DNA of 64,000 bases from Candidatus Spongiisociaceae bacterium (GCA_965202665.1 OZ241841.1:1920001-1984000), one strand, 5' to 3'; counted from the stretch's first letter, positions 8,683 to 19,374 are shown. The notes: generated by a model not told the origin, from the letters alone. A program made the numbers and translations.

Positions 8683-11381
8683 CGCGCCTAATAGAACGCT
8701 GGTTCCCTTGCAAAGAGGTGTCGGAAAACTCACGTTCCGGCTGGGGAAGCGGTAACGCCGAAAAAGAGTTATTCCCCTGGTTTGCAGCTCGGCCCTTGGT
8801 ACAGGCAAAGGCGGCCGTGATCTGCTCGCTGTTGCCTTGGCCTGACGATCTTGCCGAACAAAAGAGGTTGCAGGATTTGGTACGTCGTGCGATGGAAGGA
8901 TACGATGCGGCGCACGATGAGATAGTTGCTGAGATCAACAAATATTATCCTGATGGGGTGTCGTTACTTGATTCGTTTTCCGGTAGGGCGATGATTCCTC
9001 TCGAAGCGGCCCGGTTGGGAATAAGAGCTTGGGGTATAGAATATTCGCCCGTAGCGGCTCTTGCCGGAACTTTACTAGCTGATTATCCGTTGCGGGATTG
9101 GTCGCAAGAACTTCCGCTACCATTTGATGATTACGAGACCAATGATATAGACCGTGCTACTACTCCACGCCTTTTATATGATGTCCAGTATATTCTCGGT
9201 TTGATTGGTCGGCGATACGAAATAGAAATGGGGCCCTTCTATCCTATGGTAAATGGAAAACGGCCTTGGGGTTACCTATGGGCTATTACATTGCCTTGTT
9301 CGAATTGCGGTAGAAGGTTCCCATTTACCGCTAGTTTGGAGTTGCGTCGTCCTAGACTACAAAAAAAGGATCGGGGTCAGTCGTATTATATTGAGGTAGA
9401 TCGCTCACAAAACAATTTTAGGGCAGTAGTTCATGAGGGTAAACCCCTCCGTAACCCCACTCTAATTAAGAAAGCGGGATCTAAAGGGAAGGTAGCAATA
9501 TGCCCATTCTGTGATCATGTACATCCGTTCGATAATTATACTCGTCTTATGGGTGATGGTTATGCGGAGGATAATTTGCTTCTCGTAGCAGATGTACATG
9601 CCCGGGGGCGTAAAACATATCGGGAGGTAACTCAGATAGAGTTGGATGTGATTAATGATGCTATATACGCCATAAAGTTGGAAACACCTTTTGCTCCTGG
9701 ACTGCCTGCAATACCTCACGAGAAGGCATTAGGTTCCACCGGCCCGCGCGATTTTGTTCGTTATGGATACCATACATATGGTGATTTTTGGAATAATCGA
9801 CAGACTCTTGGTTTAATACGGTTATCTCGTATCATCAGTGACCTGGGAAGGGAGCTGGTAAATTCTGAAATCAGTTCCGATTACACTGCCACATTAATTG
9901 GCTATGCTGTTTCGGTTTTAGCTCGTACTATTCGCACAACTACGCGCGGGTGTACACTTCAAATAACCAGTCAAAGCAGTGGTCACATTTTTAGTGCGGG
10001 TCCACCCGTTCCGTTTGGTTATGACTATTTCGAGACAGGTTGTGGAGAAGGATCAGGAACTTGGTTGTCGGTATCAAAGAGTACTATAAGAACACTTAAG
10101 AAACAGCTAGATAGAATTTCGGGATGCCCAGCACATATATTACAAGGTACTGCTACAGACCTGCCAATAACTAGTGCAACCTTGGATGCCGTTGTAACTG
10201 ATCCGCCATATGCTGAGATGGTAGAATACAGTGATGCATCTGACCTTTTTTATGTGTGGTTAAAGAGGGCTTTGAGTACTTCAAACCCAGAATTTGGTAT
10301 TACTGCTAATCCTGAAGACGTTCAAGATAAAACGGAAGAAGCAGTTGTCAAAATGACTTGGAATAGGAGTGGAGATCATAGAACACCCGACCACTATGAT
10401 GTTCAAATTGTGAAGGCTTTGACGGAAGCACGACGTGTTATCAAGTCCGATGGGGTGGTTTCTATTATGTTTGGTCATGATAACCCAGATGTTTGGAAGC
10501 GATTTCTTACCTCTATAGACAAAGCAGGTTTGATGTTGACCGGATCGTGGCCAGCGCGTACTGAAAGAGGAAAGCAATTAAATAAAGCCCAAATTGAGAC
10601 TACCCTCACACTTGCTTGTCGTCCTACACCTGACGATCGACCTAAAGGGGCCTTGCTGGATGTGGAGGCACAAGTAAAGAAGGAGATATTGTCTCGTATT
10701 CCGCTATGGCAGGCGGCTGGTCTTGCTTTACAAGATCAACGCATGGCTTCTTATGGTCCAGCGATGGAAGTAGTTGGTCGTTATAGTGAGGTTCGTAATA
10801 AAGCTGGTAAATCTGTAAGTCTTGAAAAATATTTAGCAAAAGCTCGTCGGTATGTTGAGGAGGCAGCGGAGGTTAAAATAGGCGAATATTCAATTGGGGA
10901 CTTTGATATACGTACTCAATTTGGATTATTTTGGGCCACTTTATATGGGCGGAGCATTGTACCGGGCGCAGAAGTTCGTTGGTTGAGACTAGGGTGGGAT
11001 TTGACTGATGATAGCACCGCTAGATTGTTGATTAAAGACAAACAGGGGCTACGGCTGATATATGCTGAAGAGGCTAAGATAAAACCAGAACCTGAAAGTA
11101 CTGTCATTGATATCGCTTTTGCAATAGCGGCTACAGGTAAATCCATTACAGATATAGCAAATATTTTGAATGTGGCTGAGAGAATAGGGGACGATTTCCT
11201 CTGGGAGACGATGGGCTATCTTGTCAAACATGTCTCAGAACAAGATCGCGATGGGGATATTTGGACTTGGGTGGTCCGTAATCGTAATATTATCACAGGT
11301 ATTTCCCAGGACATTGAAGAGAACATACTCCATGAGCAACAAATTAAGAAAGATGCTGGTATCCAGCAAGGAATGTTATAG
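8679..11381 (+). CDS. DUF1156-domain adenine-specific DNA methyltransferase with Zn ribbon
   Basis: RLIERWFP...WFAARPL N-terminus; LDSFSGRAMIPLE (motif I); CxxC pairs; VTDPPY (motif IV); ATGA overlap with the upstream ORF. Confidence 0.9.
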   Translation: MTRLIERWFPCKEVSENSRSGWGSGNAEKELFPWFAARPLVQAKAAVICSLLPWPDDLAEQKRLQDLVRRAMEGYDAAHDEIVAEINKYYPDGVSLLDSFSGRAMIPLEAARLGIRAWGIEYSPVAALAGTLLADYPLRDWSQELPLPFDDYETNDIDRATTPRLLYDVQYILGLIGRRYEIEMGPFYPMVNGKRPWGYLWAITLPCSNCGRRFPFTASLELRRPRLQKKDRGQSYYIEVDRSQNNFRAVVHEGKPLRNPTLIKKAGSKGKVAICPFCDHVHPFDNYTRLMGDGYAEDNLLLVADVHARGRKTYREVTQIELDVINDAIYAIKLETPFAPGLPAIPHEKALGSTGPRDFVRYGYHTYGDFWNNRQTLGLIRLSRIISDLGRELVNSEISSDYTATLIGYAVSVLARTIRTTTRGCTLQITSQSSGHIFSAGPPVPFGYDYFETGCGEGSGTWLSVSKSTIRTLKKQLDRISGCPAHILQGTATDLPITSATLDAVVTDPPYAEMVEYSDASDLFYVWLKRALSTSNPEFGITANPEDVQDKTEEAVVKMTWNRSGDHRTPDHYDVQIVKALTEARRVIKSDGVVSIMFGHDNPDVWKRFLTSIDKAGLMLTGSWPARTERGKQLNKAQIETTLTLACRPTPDDRPKGALLDVEAQVKKEILSRIPLWQAAGLALQDQRMASYGPAMEVVGRYSEVRNKAGKSVSLEKYLAKARRYVEEAAEVKIGEYSIGDFDIRTQFGLFWATLYGRSIVPGAEVRWLRLGWDLTDDSTARLLIKDKQGLRLIYAEEAKIKPEPESTVIDIAFAIAATGKSITDIANILNVAERIGDDFLWETMGYLVKHVSEQDRDGDIWTWVVRNRNIITGISQDIEENILHEQQIKKDAGIQQGML

Positions 11382-11394
11382 GAGGTAGTAGGCG

Positions 11395-14235
11395 GTGGCT
11401 AATACAATTACTCCGTGGTGGGAGACGACGGTTCTGAGGGATGAAATTGAGCGGGGCCAAGGTAGGATTGACGATGTACAGGCATCATTGCATGACGCTG
11501 TATTTGGTCGTCCTGGTGGGGGTGACGTTCCTTATAAAAGAGCGACTTACTATGGGGAAATAACTCATCCCACCGTTAGTTTGATTGAATTGATGGTTAA
11601 GATAGCAATACGTCTGGGCGTTAAAGGTCGTCAGGCTCGAGGAGTGTGGAGATTGGATCAGGGGATGGGGGGAGGTAAATCACACGGAATGATAGGACTG
11701 TGGCATTTAGCTACTAATCCAGATTCTTTGGCGGAAACAGAATTGGGGCGACTGGTATTTGAGCAGGCATATTCTATCGCGGGACGAGAATCTCTAGCAG
11801 AGACCTTGGATAACCCTGCTTGTGTGGTTCTCGACTGTGATAATCCTGAGCCGAACGAAGAGACGGATGGTCCTGCCAAGACATTGGGGGAGCGGTTTCT
11901 GTGGCGTCTGTTCGATGGTGCCTATAAGAAATGGGAGGCTTATAAGCCCCGTGTCGCATCCAAAAAGGGATTGGCGGAAGCGTTGGTTGATGTTGGTAGA
12001 CCGGTGCTGATACTGGTGGATGAAGTAATGGACTATATCCGGTGGGCTTCCAATCACGACGAACAACTGGCCATAGCTGACATGGCCTTCCTGCGCTCAT
12101 TATTGGAGACTGTTAATAAGGTCGATAATTGCGCGTTGGTGGTGGTAATGATTGCTTCTGATAAAGACCGTATCGCCCTCAATAAGATAGGAACACAATG
12201 TCAAGCAGAATTAGAAGATTTACTTACCCGCAACGGCCAGTCTACCACCGTCTCAAGCGGTGGAGATTTTGCTGACATTATTCGCCGTCGGCTGTTTCAA
12301 ACTCCACCACCCATAGAGGTTACCAATGCCACTGCCAACCTGTTTCTTGAGCAAATGGTTGGAACTTGGCGTGATTCCTTTAGCAAAGTAGGGGAAAGTG
12401 GCACCAGATTTCAGGATAAAGTGGCACGGTCCTATCCTTTTCATCCTTCGCTTATTGAATTGGTGGAGAAAGAATGGTCCCTCAATACCGGTTTTCAACG
12501 GGTTCGTTCCACTATCCAAGTATTCGCCGCTACGGTGTTTGCTCTACGAGAGCAGGCCACTCAAGGTGAGTGGGCTCCTATGTTGATCGGGAACGGTGAT
12601 CTCCCTCTATCCTCGCGACCAGTTAGAGATGCTTTGTTGGATTCTGGTTTGGTAGCGGATCAACGCACACAGGCTAGTCTCCGCGGGGTGGCGGCTTCTG
12701 AAATTGTGGACCCGGATCATCCCGAGCGCAGTACTGCTCGGCGGTTGGATTTAAAACGTGAGCAGGGTTGGAATGAAGCAAATCCCCGGGCGGCGGAGCG
12801 GGCGGCTACGGCACTGTTTGTTTACTCCATCGCTCCTCGGCCCGATGCTCGGCGCGGTGCCACCGAAGCGGAAATCATCACCGCTACCTTCGTTCCCGTT
12901 AATTCTTATGGGTGCGGGGATGCGGAGGTTGTCTTTTCGGAGCTAAGGCAAGAGCTTGTTGCTTATGACTATACCGAGGGCCGCGGTCCCAATCCTCGTC
13001 GTTGGTATTTTGAAACTCGTAAAACCCTGTGGATGTATTTTCGCGCCGAGAGGGATGCCATCTCCGATGAGGAACGTAACGAGATCGTTACCACAGTGGC
13101 TTTTGATTTGGCAACCAGCGGACCGTTCTCCTCCATTATAAAAGTTGAAGGAGAGGGTTCACCTGACGGTAAACCATCGTTCGAACAGTTGAAAGGACTC
13201 TTCGAAGGTGCAGGTATTGATGATCGGCATAAGAATAGACTGGTTGTCCTTGATAGCAGATGGTTTAGTCTACTTGGTGATGAAAGTGATAATGAGATTA
13301 GAGAGTCAATCCGTGCGGCCATGGGAATAGGCAAAAATAAGTTAGCTATGGCGTGGGCCTCCTCCGCTGTATTTTCTTGTATAGACTATCAGAGGCGACG
13401 CCAAACAAGGACTATAACTACCGATTATTTAGCGTGGAAGCGGGTAGCAAATCTAGATGCTGTATTAGGTGATAAAGAACAATCTACTAAGGCTCGCGAG
13501 GAACGCGAGCAAGCGAAGAGGAGACTGGAGAGGGCGGTCAAGGAATCTTATCAGCATATTCTATATTTATCTGATGATGGCTCCGGTGGTCGTATAGACA
13601 GGTCGTTTCGCTTGTCGCAAAAGAACCAATCGGCTTTGGATGGGGGTATTGTCTGGTCTACTTTGGTTGATGCTGATAAGGCGGTAGGACAGTTTGATTC
13701 CACAGCCCTCTTGCACAATCTCCGAGACTCTGACTGGGGCAGGCCGTTATCCGAAATTCGCGATGAGTTTTGGAACGCTCCGCGGTTGCCGCTACTACCC
13801 GGAGGAGAGGCCGACCTTCGGCAAGCCTTTTATACTTTGATTCAGTCCGGGGAGGTTGTTTTGGTGGACTCCGATGATCAACCTCGCACCGTTACAGGGC
13901 CCGCCGACATCAATTTTGGTTCGTCCGATATCCGTATTCAACGTCCGGAGAAAAAACCACCTGATGGTCCACCACCGCCCGTACCGCCTCCGCCGCCTCC
14001 CCCACCGCCCGGCGTGAAAGAGTATCAAGTTTCATTCTCTCTCACCAAATCCCTACGCGAGGGTTCTGACCGCGATCTGGTGCGCAATCTGCTTAACCAG
14101 GTTGTCAATGCGGTGGATGGCGATGCCTCCCATATCCAAGTCTCTTTGCGGGTAGTGGTTCCGCCGGAAATTAAGGACAAGATCGTCGGCCGGGCTGAAG
14201 AAGCCGGTGTCCCCTCGTCTATTACCGACCTGTAG
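11395..14235 (+). CDS. DUF499 AAA+ ATPase
   Basis: GMGGGKSH Walker A, LILVDE Walker B, IIRRRLF, SYPFHP, GFQRVR; Pro-rich linker near the C-terminus; GGAGG RBS. Confidence 0.85.
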   Translation: MANTITPWWETTVLRDEIERGQGRIDDVQASLHDAVFGRPGGGDVPYKRATYYGEITHPTVSLIELMVKIAIRLGVKGRQARGVWRLDQGMGGGKSHGMIGLWHLATNPDSLAETELGRLVFEQAYSIAGRESLAETLDNPACVVLDCDNPEPNEETDGPAKTLGERFLWRLFDGAYKKWEAYKPRVASKKGLAEALVDVGRPVLILVDEVMDYIRWASNHDEQLAIADMAFLRSLLETVNKVDNCALVVVMIASDKDRIALNKIGTQCQAELEDLLTRNGQSTTVSSGGDFADIIRRRLFQTPPPIEVTNATANLFLEQMVGTWRDSFSKVGESGTRFQDKVARSYPFHPSLIELVEKEWSLNTGFQRVRSTIQVFAATVFALREQATQGEWAPMLIGNGDLPLSSRPVRDALLDSGLVADQRTQASLRGVAASEIVDPDHPERSTARRLDLKREQGWNEANPRAAERAATALFVYSIAPRPDARRGATEAEIITATFVPVNSYGCGDAEVVFSELRQELVAYDYTEGRGPNPRRWYFETRKTLWMYFRAERDAISDEERNEIVTTVAFDLATSGPFSSIIKVEGEGSPDGKPSFEQLKGLFEGAGIDDRHKNRLVVLDSRWFSLLGDESDNEIRESIRAAMGIGKNKLAMAWASSAVFSCIDYQRRRQTRTITTDYLAWKRVANLDAVLGDKEQSTKAREEREQAKRRLERAVKESYQHILYLSDDGSGGRIDRSFRLSQKNQSALDGGIVWSTLVDADKAVGQFDSTALLHNLRDSDWGRPLSEIRDEFWNAPRLPLLPGGEADLRQAFYTLIQSGEVVLVDSDDQPRTVTGPADINFGSSDIRIQRPEKKPPDGPPPPVPPPPPPPPPGVKEYQVSFSLTKSLREGSDRDLVRNLLNQVVNAVDGDASHIQVSLRVVVPPEIKDKIVGRAEEAGVPSSITDL

Positions 14236-14246
14236 GCCCCGGAGAC

Positions 14247-15740
14247 TTAGCCGTGTTGGGGGAAGCCTAGGTCTACGCCTCGGTGGATGGGGTCGGGCCA
14301 GCGGCTTATCACCACCTTGGGGCGGGTGTAGAAGCGGACTCCGTCCGGGCCGTAGATGGCGTGGTCGCCGAAAATGGAGTCCTTCCAGCCTCCGAAAGAG
14401 TAGAAGGACAGCGGCACCGGGATGGGGACGTTTATGCCCACCATCCCCGCCCCCACTTCGGCCTGGAATTTGCGGGCCGCCCCGCCGTCGTTGGTGAACA
14501 CGGCCGTGCCGTTTCCGTACGGGTTGTCGTTTATCAGCCCGATCGCTTCATCGTAGGAGCCGCAACGCACCACCGACAGCACCGGTCCGAAAATCTCGTC
14601 CCGGTAGATGGACATGGCGGGCGTCACCCGGTCGAACAGGGTCGGTCCCAGGAAAAACCCTTCTTCGTGCCCTTCCACCGTCAAACCCCGCCCGTCTTCC
14701 AGCAACTCGGCCCCCTCCGACTCCCCGGCGTCGATGTAGCCCGCCACCCGGTCGCGGTGGACGGCGGTGATCAGCGGGCCCATCTGCGAACCTTCCGCCT
14801 CCCCCGGCCCCACCACCAGGTCGGCCAGCCGTTCCCGCACCCGGGGCAGCAGCCGGTCGGCGGCGTCCCCCACCGTCACCACCACCGAAATGGCCATGCA
14901 CCGTTCGCCCGCCGACCCGTAGCCGGCGGACACGGCCGCGTCCGCCGCCAAATCCATGTCGGCGTCGGGGAGCACGATCATGTGGTTTTTGGCCCCGCCC
15001 AGGGCCTGCACCCGCTTGCCGTGCCTGGTTCCCGTCTCATACACGTAGCGGGCGATGGGGGTGGAGCCCACGAACGACACCGCCGCGATGTCCGGGTGGG
15101 CGAGGATGGCGTCCACCGCCTGCTTGTCCCCCTGCACAATGTTGAACACCCCTTCCGGCAACCCGGCTTCGGCCAGCAGTTTGGCGTTCAGGCGGGACAC
15201 CGACGGGTCCCGCTCCGACGGCTTCAACACGAAAGTGTTGCCGCAGGCTATGGCGATGGGGAACATCCACATCGGCACCATCGCCGGAAAATTGAAGGGG
15301 GTGATGCCCGCCGCCACCCCCAGCGGCTGGCGGATGGTGAACGTGTCCACCTCCCGGCTGACCTGCTCGGAGAAATCCCCTTTCAGCAGATGGGCGATGT
15401 TGCACGCGAACTCCACCACTTCCAGCCCCCGCTGCACCTCCCCCAGGGCGTCGTCCAAAGTTTTGCCGTGTTCGGCGGTGAGGAGGCGGGCCATGTCCAA
15501 CCGGCGGCGGACGATCAGCTCCCGGTAGGCGAACATGATGTTCTGGCGGCGGGTGAGCGGGGCCTCCCGCCAGTCGGCGAACGCCTGCTTGGCGGAAGCG
15601 ACCGCCGCCTCCACTTCCGCCGACCCCGCCAACGCCACCCGCCCGGTCTGGGCGCCGGTGGCCGGGTTGAAAACCGGGCCGGTGCGTTCCGCCGCCCCGT
15701 CCCAAGTTTTGCCGCTGATCCAATGGGTTATGGTCCGCAT
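14247..15740 (-). CDS. mmsA: CoA-acylating (methyl)malonate-semialdehyde dehydrogenase
   Basis: GITPFNFPAMVP, LKPSERDP, FVGSTPIA, GGAKNH, AGERCMA and EIFGPV ALDH motifs. Confidence 0.93.
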   Translation of the reverse strand: MRTITHWISGKTWDGAAERTGPVFNPATGAQTGRVALAGSAEVEAAVASAKQAFADWREAPLTRRQNIMFAYRELIVRRRLDMARLLTAEHGKTLDDALGEVQRGLEVVEFACNIAHLLKGDFSEQVSREVDTFTIRQPLGVAAGITPFNFPAMVPMWMFPIAIACGNTFVLKPSERDPSVSRLNAKLLAEAGLPEGVFNIVQGDKQAVDAILAHPDIAAVSFVGSTPIARYVYETGTRHGKRVQALGGAKNHMIVLPDADMDLAADAAVSAGYGSAGERCMAISVVVTVGDAADRLLPRVRERLADLVVGPGEAEGSQMGPLITAVHRDRVAGYIDAGESEGAELLEDGRGLTVEGHEEGFFLGPTLFDRVTPAMSIYRDEIFGPVLSVVRCGSYDEAIGLINDNPYGNGTAVFTNDGGAARKFQAEVGAGMVGINVPIPVPLSFYSFGGWKDSIFGDHAIYGPDGVRFYTRPKVVISRWPDPIHRGVDLGFPQHG

Positions 15741-15774
15741 TTGCCCTCCTGTGCGGGCCGCCGCCCGCCGTCTC

Positions 15775-17190
15775 CTAAATGTAGTAGCTGGTTCCCCGGC
15801 GCAGGTACCGGCCGTCCCCTTTGGAGCCCAGGTATCGGCCGTCGGCTATCAGAACTTTGCCTTTGGAAACGACCGTTTCCACTTTGCCGGTAATCTCCCG
15901 CCCCTCGTAGGCCGAATAGTCCACGTCCATGTGATGGGTTTCCACCGACAGGGTGTGGGCGCGGTTCGGGTCGATGATGACGATGTCGGCGTCGGAGCCG
16001 ACCGCGATGGCTCCCTTCTTCGGGTGGAGGCCGAACATTTTGGCCGGGGCGGACGAGGTGATTTCCACGAACCGGTTCAGGTTGATGCGCCCCTCCGACA
16101 CCCCGCCGTCGAAAATCAGCTCCATCCGGTTTTCCACTCCCGGCAGGCCGTTGGGGATGGCGGTGAAATTGTCCCGCCCCAACTGCTTCTGCTCGCCGAA
16201 AGTGTGATGGTCGCCCATGCAGAACGGGCAATGGTCGGTGGACACCACCTGCAGGTCGTTGGTCGCCAGCCCCCGCCACAGGCGTTCCTGATGCCCCTCC
16301 GCCCGTTCCCGCAGGGGAGGGGAGCACACGTATTTGGCTCCTTCGAACCCGTTCCCCAAGTCGGCCATCTCCAAAAACAGGTACTGCGGGCAGGTTTCGG
16401 CGAACACTTTCTGCCCCCGGTCGCGGGCCAGCGTCACCTCCTCCAAGGCTTCCTGGGCCGACAGGTGAACGATGTAGAGGGGGGCTCCGGTGACCTGCGC
16501 CAGGCGGATGGCCCGGTGGGTGGCCTCCCCTTCCAGCGCCGACTTGCGCACCAGGCCGTGGAAAATGGGGTCGGTTTCCCCCCGTTGCAGGGCCTGCTGC
16601 ACGAACACGTCGATGGCGATTCCGTTTTCGGCGTGCATGGCGATCATCGCCCCGTTTTCGGCCGCTTTCTGCATGGCCATCACGATTTCCCCGTCGTCGG
16701 AGTAGAACACGCCCGGATAGGCCATGAACATTTTGAACGAAGTCACCCCCTCGTCCATCAGCATGTCCATTTCTTTCAGGGTCTGCTCGTTGATGTCGCC
16801 GGTGATCATGTGGAAGCCGTAGTCGATGGCGCATTCGCCTTCCGCTTTCGCCATCCACTTTTCGAACCCTTCCATCGCCGACTCGCCTTTGGTCTGCACC
16901 GCGAAATCCACGATGGTGGTGGTGCCCCCCCAGGCGGCGGCCCGGGTGCCGGTTTCGAAGGTGTCGGCCGCGTAGGTGCCCCCGAACGGCAACTCCATGT
17001 GGGTGTGGACGTCGATCCCGCCCGGGACCACCACCCGCCCGGCGGCGTCGATGGTTTGGTCGGCGGAGATCCCCCGCGCCGCGGCCGAATCCAGGAGGGC
17101 CGCCACCTGCGAGCCTTCGATCAGCACATCGGCCCGCGTGCTTTCGGCGGCGTTCGCCACCAGGCCGTTGGTTATCAGCATGGTGCTCAT
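15775..17190 (-). CDS. hydA: Dihydropyrimidinase
   Basis: PGGIDVHTH, GGTTTIVDF, FKMFMAY, MHAENG, ETCPQYL, CSPPLR, STDHCPF. Confidence 0.93.
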   Translation of the reverse strand: MSTMLITNGLVANAAESTRADVLIEGSQVAALLDSAAARGISADQTIDAAGRVVVPGGIDVHTHMELPFGGTYAADTFETGTRAAAWGGTTTIVDFAVQTKGESAMEGFEKWMAKAEGECAIDYGFHMITGDINEQTLKEMDMLMDEGVTSFKMFMAYPGVFYSDDGEIVMAMQKAAENGAMIAMHAENGIAIDVFVQQALQRGETDPIFHGLVRKSALEGEATHRAIRLAQVTGAPLYIVHLSAQEALEEVTLARDRGQKVFAETCPQYLFLEMADLGNGFEGAKYVCSPPLRERAEGHQERLWRGLATNDLQVVSTDHCPFCMGDHHTFGEQKQLGRDNFTAIPNGLPGVENRMELIFDGGVSEGRINLNRFVEITSSAPAKMFGLHPKKGAIAVGSDADIVIIDPNRAHTLSVETHHMDVDYSAYEGREITGKVETVVSKGKVLIADGRYLGSKGDGRYLRRGTSYYI

Positions 17191-17236
17191 CGGTCACCTC
17201 CCTTGCGTTGTCTTCTCAGTCGTTGGGGCGGGCGGG

Positions 17237-18532
17237 TCAGCGGCCCGTAGCCTGGCGGATGGCGCCTTCCAGCATGTCGCCGCCCTGGTCGCATTCCTCC
17301 TCGGTCAAAGACAGGGGCGGGGCGATGCGCAGCACGTTGCCGAACACGCCGCCTTTGCCGATCAGCAACCCCCGTTCCCGGGCCTGCTCCATCACCTCCC
17401 CGGCCAGTTCCGGGCGGGGGGCGCCGGTGTCCGGGTCGGCCAATTCCACGCCCAGCATCAAACCTTTGCCCCGCACTTCGAAAATTTCCGGCACCTGGTC
17501 GGACAGGCCGTCCAGCTGGTTTTTGAGGCGGGTTCCCACCTTGTAGGCGTTGGTTTGCAGGTCGTCTTCCACCAGCGCGTCCAAAGTGGCCAGCCCGGCG
17601 GCGGTGGCCATCGGGTTGCCCCCGAAAGTGTTGATGCCCAAAGCCGGGTAGGAGTCGATGAGGTCGCCCCGGCCCACCACGCCCCCGATGGCCATCCCGT
17701 TGCCCAGGCCTTTGGCGAAAGTGAGCAGGTCGGGGGTGACGCCGTGCGCCTGGTAGCCCCAGAAGTTTTCCCCGGTGCGGCCCCATCCGGTTTGCACCTC
17801 GTCGCTGATGAACAGGGCCCCGTGTTCGTCCAGGATTTCTTTGAAGGCTTGGAACAGGCCGTCGGGGGGGGTGACGAACCCGGAAACCCCCTGGATCGGT
17901 TCGGCGATCATCGCCGCCGGATGGCCGGATACGGCCACCCGCAGCATTTCCCGCAGGTCGTCGGCGCACCGGGCGATGAACTGGTCGTCGGGCAGATGGC
18001 CGAAAGGGGAGCGGCGTTTGTAGCCGCCGTGGATGTAGGTGGTTTGGAAGGGGCTGTAGGAGGTGGCCGACCAGGTGGAGGTGCCGGTCACCGCGGCAGC
18101 GCTGTGCGACTTGCCGTGGTAGCTGTGGCGGAGGGCCAGCATCTGGTTGGATTTGCGGTTCTGGCTGGCGATCATCAGGGCGGTGTCGTTGGCTTCGGTG
18201 CCGGAGTTGGTGAAAAACACTTTGGCGTCGGGGATGCCGGACATCTCGCACACCCGCTCCGCCAGCTGGATCTGGTTTTCCATCAGGTAACAGGTGGAGG
18301 TGTGCAACACCCGTTCGGCCTGGGCTTTCACCGCCGCCGTCACCTTCGGATGGCGGTAGCCGAGCATGTTGACCAAGATGCCGCAGAAAAAGTCCAGGTA
18401 GCGGCGGCCTTCGGCGTCGGTCGCCCAGTGGCCTTCCCCATCCACCAGGGCGATGGGTTCCTCGTAGTACAAGGCTACCCAGTCGGGCAACACCCGCCGG
18501 TGCCGTTCCAGCAGTTCAGAATGAATTCCCAA
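17237..18532 (-). CDS. Class III PLP aminotransferase (beta-alanine/omega-amino acid transaminase type); start reassigned to TTG at 18532
   Basis: FFTNSGTEAND, SYHG, AEPIQG, DEVQTGWGRTG, TFAKGLGNG; GGAGG RBS upstream of TTG 18532. Confidence 0.88.
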   Translation of the reverse strand: MGIHSELLERHRRVLPDWVALYYEEPIALVDGEGHWATDAEGRRYLDFFCGILVNMLGYRHPKVTAAVKAQAERVLHTSTCYLMENQIQLAERVCEMSGIPDAKVFFTNSGTEANDTALMIASQNRKSNQMLALRHSYHGKSHSAAAVTGTSTWSATSYSPFQTTYIHGGYKRRSPFGHLPDDQFIARCADDLREMLRVAVSGHPAAMIAEPIQGVSGFVTPPDGLFQAFKEILDEHGALFISDEVQTGWGRTGENFWGYQAHGVTPDLLTFAKGLGNGMAIGGVVGRGDLIDSYPALGINTFGGNPMATAAGLATLDALVEDDLQTNAYKVGTRLKNQLDGLSDQVPEIFEVRGKGLMLGVELADPDTGAPRPELAGEVMEQARERGLLIGKGGVFGNVLRIAPPLSLTEEECDQGGDMLEGAIRQATGR

Positions 18533-18614
18533 GTCTCGCCTCCACGGTCGCGTACGCCCCCAAGAATACCCCACCCGCCAAGGCGCCGCGCCCGCCCCCG
18601 GAAAATTCCCGCCC
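18391..18614. repeat. Direct repeat AT copy 1: 5' end and upstream region of the aminotransferase gene
   Basis: Near-identical to 19442-19658. Confidence 0.9.
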
Positions 18615-18704
18615 ACGACCGAGTCCCACAGATGTTTGGCTGGCTGGACGCTGAACCGGCTCTTCTCAGAGTCGAGCCCTAGCGCGCTCTGCATCAATGA
18701 GTTG

Positions 18705-19172
18705 CTATTCCTCTTCATCTTTGTCGCGATAGAGGCGTCCGATGATATAAGAACCGGACAAAGCGACAATTTGCACTATGGCTATGACAGCCGCCCAACC
18801 CTCATAGCCCACCAAGGCCATCGTCAGAGCCACGCCCAGCCCGCCGACGCCAAGCATAAAAGCCATCCACTGTCCCCTCGTGGTTGCCTTGGTGCCTGTT
18901 TCCACAACTCTTTGCTCAGTATTCATGCGGTGTCGCGCTTGGGTTATCGATGATTCCAACAGTTCCTGAACGAATCCAGGGGCGAGGGCGTCATATTCTC
19001 TTAGATCCTGCGGGTGTGGAAGCGGAGCCATCCAATGTTCTGCGTAAACCTTCGCTATTCCCCGTTGGTCACCCGGGTCAACCGGATCGACGATTTCAGG
19101 GTTCTGATCTGGATGCTCCCCTGAGGTGGGTTGCGGGACGACGGGAGGGGGCCCGCTAGGTCTTTCGCTCAT
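18705..19172 (-). CDS. DUF2335-family membrane protein
   Basis: PLPHPQDLREYDALAPG...QARHR...RGQWMAF followed by two hydrophobic helices. Confidence 0.8.
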   Translation of the reverse strand: MSERPSGPPPVVPQPTSGEHPDQNPEIVDPVDPGDQRGIAKVYAEHWMAPLPHPQDLREYDALAPGFVQELLESSITQARHRMNTEQRVVETGTKATTRGQWMAFMLGVGGLGVALTMALVGYEGWAAVIAIVQIVALSGSYIIGRLYRDKDEEE

Positions 19173-19374
19173 CGGATATGTTGGCTTGGACTAGCTTGCC
19201 GTCGAGGGTCTTGCGGAAATCCCTTCCCAAGGCCTCCCAGTCGGACTTCCAAGCGTTGGCGGTTTCTAAGGCCGACAGGTTGTAATGATCGTAGTGGCCG
19301 AACAGGTCAAAGGTTCTCGCCACCCCGCTCCAAAAGGAGGGTTTGGCCTTGATCAGTTTAGTGCTGAGTCGCAT
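19156..19374 (-). CDS. Small hypothetical protein, copy A (72 aa), overlapping the DUF2335 gene
   Basis: PSFWSGVARTFDLFG...SDWEALGRDFRK; paralogue at 22272-22508. Confidence 0.7.
   Translation of the reverse strand: MRLSTKLIKAKPSFWSGVARTFDLFGHYDHYNLSALETANAWKSDWEALGRDFRKTLDGKLVQANISDERKT

Noticed and set aside
13966-14012. C-rich low-complexity stretch in the DUF499 gene as a slippage tract
   Set aside because: Mixed Pro codons encode an in-frame linker; no long homopolymer
5435-14240. TAGGCC at both ends of the DUF499 island as a target duplication
   Set aside because: A 6-bp match is expected by chance and the exact boundaries cannot be fixed without an empty site
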